Source of the DNA: Myxococcota bacterium
GTDB taxonomy: Bacteria; Myxococcota_A; UBA9160; UBA4427
Direction: 5' to 3'
NCBI GenBank assembly: GCA_965250285.1
Contig: OZ252299.1
Coordinates: 3,360,001-3,424,000 of the forward strand
DNA length: 64,000 nucleotides
The notes under the pieces are model-generated. The model saw only the letters and a program-made list of their open reading frames with translations. It was not told the DNA's origin and did no database searches. Position 1 is the first letter of the stretch; every line of letters starts with the position of its first letter. Shown in pieces: positions 60,756 through 64,000 of the stretch. Both the position numbers and the translations under genes were made by a program.

Positions 60756-61570
60756 CGGGCTGTCCCTCCGCCGGCGCGGCGCTCCATCAGCGCGCGATAC
60801 AGAGACTCGATCTCTGCTTCTTCGACATCGGTGAGGCCCGAGTCGTCGCAGGTCTTGATCACGGGGAAGATGCGGCGCTCGAGATCGACGCCGCCGGTGG
60901 CCCGATCTTCGTCGGCCGCCGCCGTCAGCGCGGCCACGCCGGCAGCGACGGCGTCTTCACGCGACATGTCGGTGCCCCAGTCGTGCTTGATCGACTCGCG
61001 GGCGTACAGACCACCCGAACCGGTTGCATCGAACTCGGCCTCTTCGTATCGGCCACCGGTGATGTCGAACTTCCAGAGACGACCGTGCTTGCGACGCTGA
61101 TCGAAGCCCGCGAACAGCGGCACCACCGCCAGGCCCTGCATTGCGGCCGGCAGGTTCTGGCGGATCATCTGGCTCAGCTTGTTGGCCTTGCCCTCGAGCT
61201 CGAGGGCCTCGCCCTCGATCTTCTCGTAGTGCTCGAGCTCGACCGAGAGGATGCGCGCCATCTCGATCGAAGGCCCCGCCGCACCCGAGATCGCCATGAG
61301 CGAGTGAGAGTCGGTGGCAAAGACCTTGACCACGTCACGCGAGGCCACGCTGTGACCGGCCGTGGCGAGTCGGTCGCCGCCCACGAGGACGCCGCCGGCG
61401 TAGCGCATGGCAATCACGGTGGTGCCATGCGGCACCTGAATCGCAGCACTCGCCTGCCAGGCAGACAGGTCGGGCAGCAGCTGCGGATGTTCGTGCTGGA
61501 GCAACTCGAAGAAGCTCGAGCCCTGATACGTGCCTGTCGCCGTGCTGAGTGACGTGGCTTTCGGAAGCAC
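60752..61570 (-). CDS. prcB: 20S proteasome subunit beta (propeptide + catalytic Thr1)
   Basis: SSFFELL propeptide, PHG|TTVIA processing site, GDRLAT.G, ELEHYEKIEG..L.LEGKANKL, GSGG, AADED.ATGG. Start taken as GTG 61570. Confidence 0.95.
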   Translation of the reverse strand: MLPKATSLSTATGTYQGSSFFELLQHEHPQLLPDLSAWQASAAIQVPHGTTVIAMRYAGGVLVGGDRLATAGHSVASRDVVKVFATDSHSLMAISGAAGPSIEMARILSVELEHYEKIEGEALELEGKANKLSQMIRQNLPAAMQGLAVVPLFAGFDQRRKHGRLWKFDITGGRYEEAEFDATGSGGLYARESIKHDWGTDMSREDAVAAGVAALTAAADEDRATGGVDLERRIFPVIKTCDDSGLTDVEEAEIESLYRALMERRAGGGTAR

Positions 61571-61681
61571 CGATCCCCCCAATCGATGACGCCGCCTCGC
61601 TTGTCTGTGGAGCCTCCCGCAGACCTCGCGGACGCGCCGATGTCTCGAACCAGATGGAGCCAAGGACTCGCCCGTGTCGGC

Positions 61682-61963
61682 CTACTCGCCGCCGCGCTGG
61701 ACGTAGTTCTTGACGAACTCCTCTGCGTTCTCTTCGAGCACGTTGTCGATCTCATCCAGGAGATCGTCCATCTCGCCCTTCAGCTCGTCGCCCTTCTTGG
61801 CGAGCTTCTGGCCGCCGTCGCCCTTCTCACCCGACTCTTCGTCGCTGCCGCCACCCTTGCTCTTCTGCTTCTGGCCGCCTTCATCGGCCGCCATGAAGAT
61901 GGTGGCGTCGCTCCGGGCCTCTCGGCGGGCGAGCTCATTCGCGTTTCTCACGATTCTTGCCAT
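61682..61963 (-). CDS. pup: Prokaryotic ubiquitin-like protein Pup
   Basis: C-terminal DDLLDEIDNVLEENAEEFVKNYVQRGGE; disordered acidic/Gly region; GGAGGTG RBS; sits between dop and prcB. Confidence 0.95.
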   Translation of the reverse strand: MARIVRNANELARREARSDATIFMAADEGGQKQKSKGGGSDEESGEKGDGGQKLAKKGDELKGEMDDLLDEIDNVLEENAEEFVKNYVQRGGE

Positions 61964-62008
61964 GGTGTCACCTCCGGGGTTCCCAGTGCCGCCGAAGCAG
62001 CCGCCGAG

Positions 62009-63493
62009 TCACCCGTTCATGTTCGCCAGCAGATCTGATGCACTGGCGGAACGATCGAGAAGGTCTTCGACCATCGCGCGCGTGCCCTTCAACGGCTCGG
62101 ACATCATCACGCGCTTGATCGGCTCATCTTCGAACCCGAACGAGATCGAGTCCCAGTTGACGCCGAAGACTTCACCCGTGTAGCGGCGCAGACACTCGCC
62201 ACGGAAGTACGCGCGCGTGTCGTCGGGCGGGGTAAAGACGGCGGCATTGATTTCTTCGTCGCTCACGATGCGCTCGACCTTGCCCTGGCGCTCGAGCATG
62301 TAGTAGAGGCCCTTGTCGGGTCGCGTGTCGTGGTACTGCAGGTCGAGCATCTGCACCTGCGGTGACTGCCAGTCGAGCTCCTTGCGCTGCATGAAGCTCT
62401 CGATCAGGTTGCGCTTCGCGATCCAGTCGATCTGCTCCACCAGCTCGTTCGGATCGCGCTGCAGGCACGTCATGACGTGCTCCCACTTCTCGACGACGTC
62501 ACGCGTGACGGCATCGACGCCCGTCTTCGCGACGTAGCGCTGCGCCATCTCGAGGTACTCGCATTGCATCTCCACGGCGGTCATGTACTTGCCGTTGTCG
62601 AGGTGCAGCTGGTGCTTGAGCGACGGATCGTGCGAGACCTCCTTGATGCCGCGCACCGGGTCTCGAAGGGCGAGGTCGCGGTCGATCGCGCCGTCTTCGA
62701 TCATCTGCAGAATCAGCGCCGTGACGCCGTTTCGCAGGTAGATCGTGTATTCGCTCATGTTCGAGTCGCCGACGATGACGTGCAGGCGTCGGTACTTGTC
62801 GCGGTCGGCGTGAGGCTCGTCGCGGGTGTTCACGATCGGCCGTTTCACCATCGTGTCCAGTGCGACCTCGGTCTCGAAAAAGTCGGCTCGCTGCGAGATC
62901 TGATAGTCGCAGGGCTGGACACGATTCTCGCTGCCGACCTTGCCCGCGCCACAGTAGACCTGGCGCGTGGTGAAGAACGGCAGCAGGTGCTCGACGATGC
63001 GCTTGAACGACGTGCGGCGATCCATGAGATAGTTCTCATGGCTGCCATAGCTGTTGCCCTTGCGATCGCTGTTGTTCTTGTGGAGAAGCATCTGCGCGCC
63101 ATCGGGCAGCAAGCCATTCGCTTCGCGCCGACTGATCTCGACCACGCGCTCGCCGGCCTTCTCGTGAATCACGAGGTCTCGCGCATTCGTGACCTCGGGA
63201 CACGAGTACTCGGGATGCGCGTGATCGACGTAGTACCGCGCGCCGTTCACCAGCGTCTTGTTGCGTGCGATGTTCTCTTGCTGATTGGGCGTGTACTTCT
63301 CGCCGTCGACCTGGAAGCCACGCGCATCGGCGAGCGGATTCTCCTGCTCGTAGTCCCAGAGAATCGTCCCATCCGGGTCTTCGCGATACGCGTTGACGAG
63401 GAGGACGCAGCTCGAGATCGGGTCGAAGTCGGGATCGTTCTTGACGATGATCCCGTACTCGATCTCTGTGCCCATGACGGTCGGAATGGCCAT
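62009..63493 (-). CDS. dop: Pup deamidase/depupylase Dop
   Basis: True start MAIPTVMGTEIEYG; NGARYYVDHAHPEYS, KNNSD.KG.SYGSHENY, SQRADFFE.EV.L.T..RPIVNTRDEPH, TRAYFRG.CL. Confidence 0.93.
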   Translation of the reverse strand: MAIPTVMGTEIEYGIIVKNDPDFDPISSCVLLVNAYREDPDGTILWDYEQENPLADARGFQVDGEKYTPNQQENIARNKTLVNGARYYVDHAHPEYSCPEVTNARDLVIHEKAGERVVEISRREANGLLPDGAQMLLHKNNSDRKGNSYGSHENYLMDRRTSFKRIVEHLLPFFTTRQVYCGAGKVGSENRVQPCDYQISQRADFFETEVALDTMVKRPIVNTRDEPHADRDKYRRLHVIVGDSNMSEYTIYLRNGVTALILQMIEDGAIDRDLALRDPVRGIKEVSHDPSLKHQLHLDNGKYMTAVEMQCEYLEMAQRYVAKTGVDAVTRDVVEKWEHVMTCLQRDPNELVEQIDWIAKRNLIESFMQRKELDWQSPQVQMLDLQYHDTRPDKGLYYMLERQGKVERIVSDEEINAAVFTPPDDTRAYFRGECLRRYTGEVFGVNWDSISFGFEDEPIKRVMMSEPLKGTRAMVEDLLDRSASASDLLANMNG

Positions 63494-63588
63494 CGGCTCT
63501 CCGGTCCCCGCTTCTAGTCCGCCTGCGCTCACCGCGGCCGCGAGAGGCTAACCCACCCACCGCGCATCGGCGGGCAGGCGCCTGCGGC

Positions 63589-63619
63589 CGCCCGATGCCG
63601 GCCATGCCGGCATCGGGCG
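63589..63619. other. 13-bp perfect stem-loop between arc and dop
   Basis: CGCCCGATGCCGG-CCATG-CCGGCATCGGGCG 7 nt after the arc stop; no U-tail. Confidence 0.6.
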
Positions 63620-63626
63620 TGAGGTT

Positions 63627-64000
63627 TCAGACGTACTGGCCCTGGCCGGCGGCCACGTTCTCGACCATTTCTTCTTTGCGCTCGACGCCCGTGATGAGCG
63701 TGCGGACATTGATGATCCGCTCGCCCTTCCGGCCCGAGATGCGCGCCCAGTCGTCCGGGTTCGTGGTGTTCGGGAGATCCTCGTTCTCCTTGAACTCCTC
63801 GCGCACCGACTCGATCATGTCGACGAGCTTGATGCCTCGCTCCTCGTTCTCGATGAGCCGCTTGACCGCCTTGCGCTTCGCGCGTGCAACGATGTTCTCG
63901 ATCATCGCGCCACTGGCGAAATCCTTGAAGTAGAAGATCTCGCGCTCGCCCTTGGCGTAGGTCACCTCGAGGAACTTCATCTCGTCGCCGGTCGAGTACA
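63627..64000 (-). CDS. arc: Proteasome ATPase ARC/Mpa (C-terminal part; 5' end outside the window)
   Basis: FLEVTYAKG..E.FYFKDFASGAMIENIV.RAK, EFKENEDLPNTTNPDDWARISGRKGERI, C-terminus GQYV; frame open to the edge. Confidence 0.93.
   Translation of the reverse strand, partial: YSTGDEMKFLEVTYAKGEREIFYFKDFASGAMIENIVARAKRKAVKRLIENEERGIKLVDMIESVREEFKENEDLPNTTNPDDWARISGRKGERIINVRTLITGVERKEEMVENVAAGQGQYV

Noticed and set aside
61682..61963. UBact rather than Pup
   Set aside because: The C-terminal DEIDxVLEENAEEFVxxYVQxGGE matches Pup, not the R[S/T]G[E/Q] ending of UBact.

Overview
A very GC-rich bacterial chromosomal segment (roughly 70% by eye) with many spurious antisense ORFs. It looks like a diderm of the Myxococcota/deltaproteobacterial type: BamD, two PEP-CTERM proteins, PilT, DUF1844, and the gene orders ispE-tRNA-Gln-prs-rplY-pth...rpsF-rpsR-rplI-dnaB and pgpA-cinA-recA-pilT...alaS. 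The taxonomy is an inference. Most of the window is housekeeping: peptidoglycan recycling (ldcA, serine hydrolase, mpl), dnaB, ribosomal proteins, pdxS/pdxT with a MocR regulator, nhaA, ispE/ispG, alaS, recA, ruvX, mltG and mreB. The stand-out is at the right end: an actinobacterial-style Pup-proteasome locus on the minus strand (arc/mpa partial, dop, pup ending GGE, prcB, prcA, pafA) in this Gram-negative background. In it, a duplicated prcB/prcA junction creates a translationally coupled 27-aa mini-ORF. Other points of interest are a stand-alone RnfD/NqrB-like membrane protein coupled to a secreted CxxC DUF2330 protein, a four-G-tract repeat upstream of recA, and several short intergenic duplications. 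I saw no CRISPR array, rRNA, transposase or integrase. All family calls come from motif recognition by eye, not database searches.
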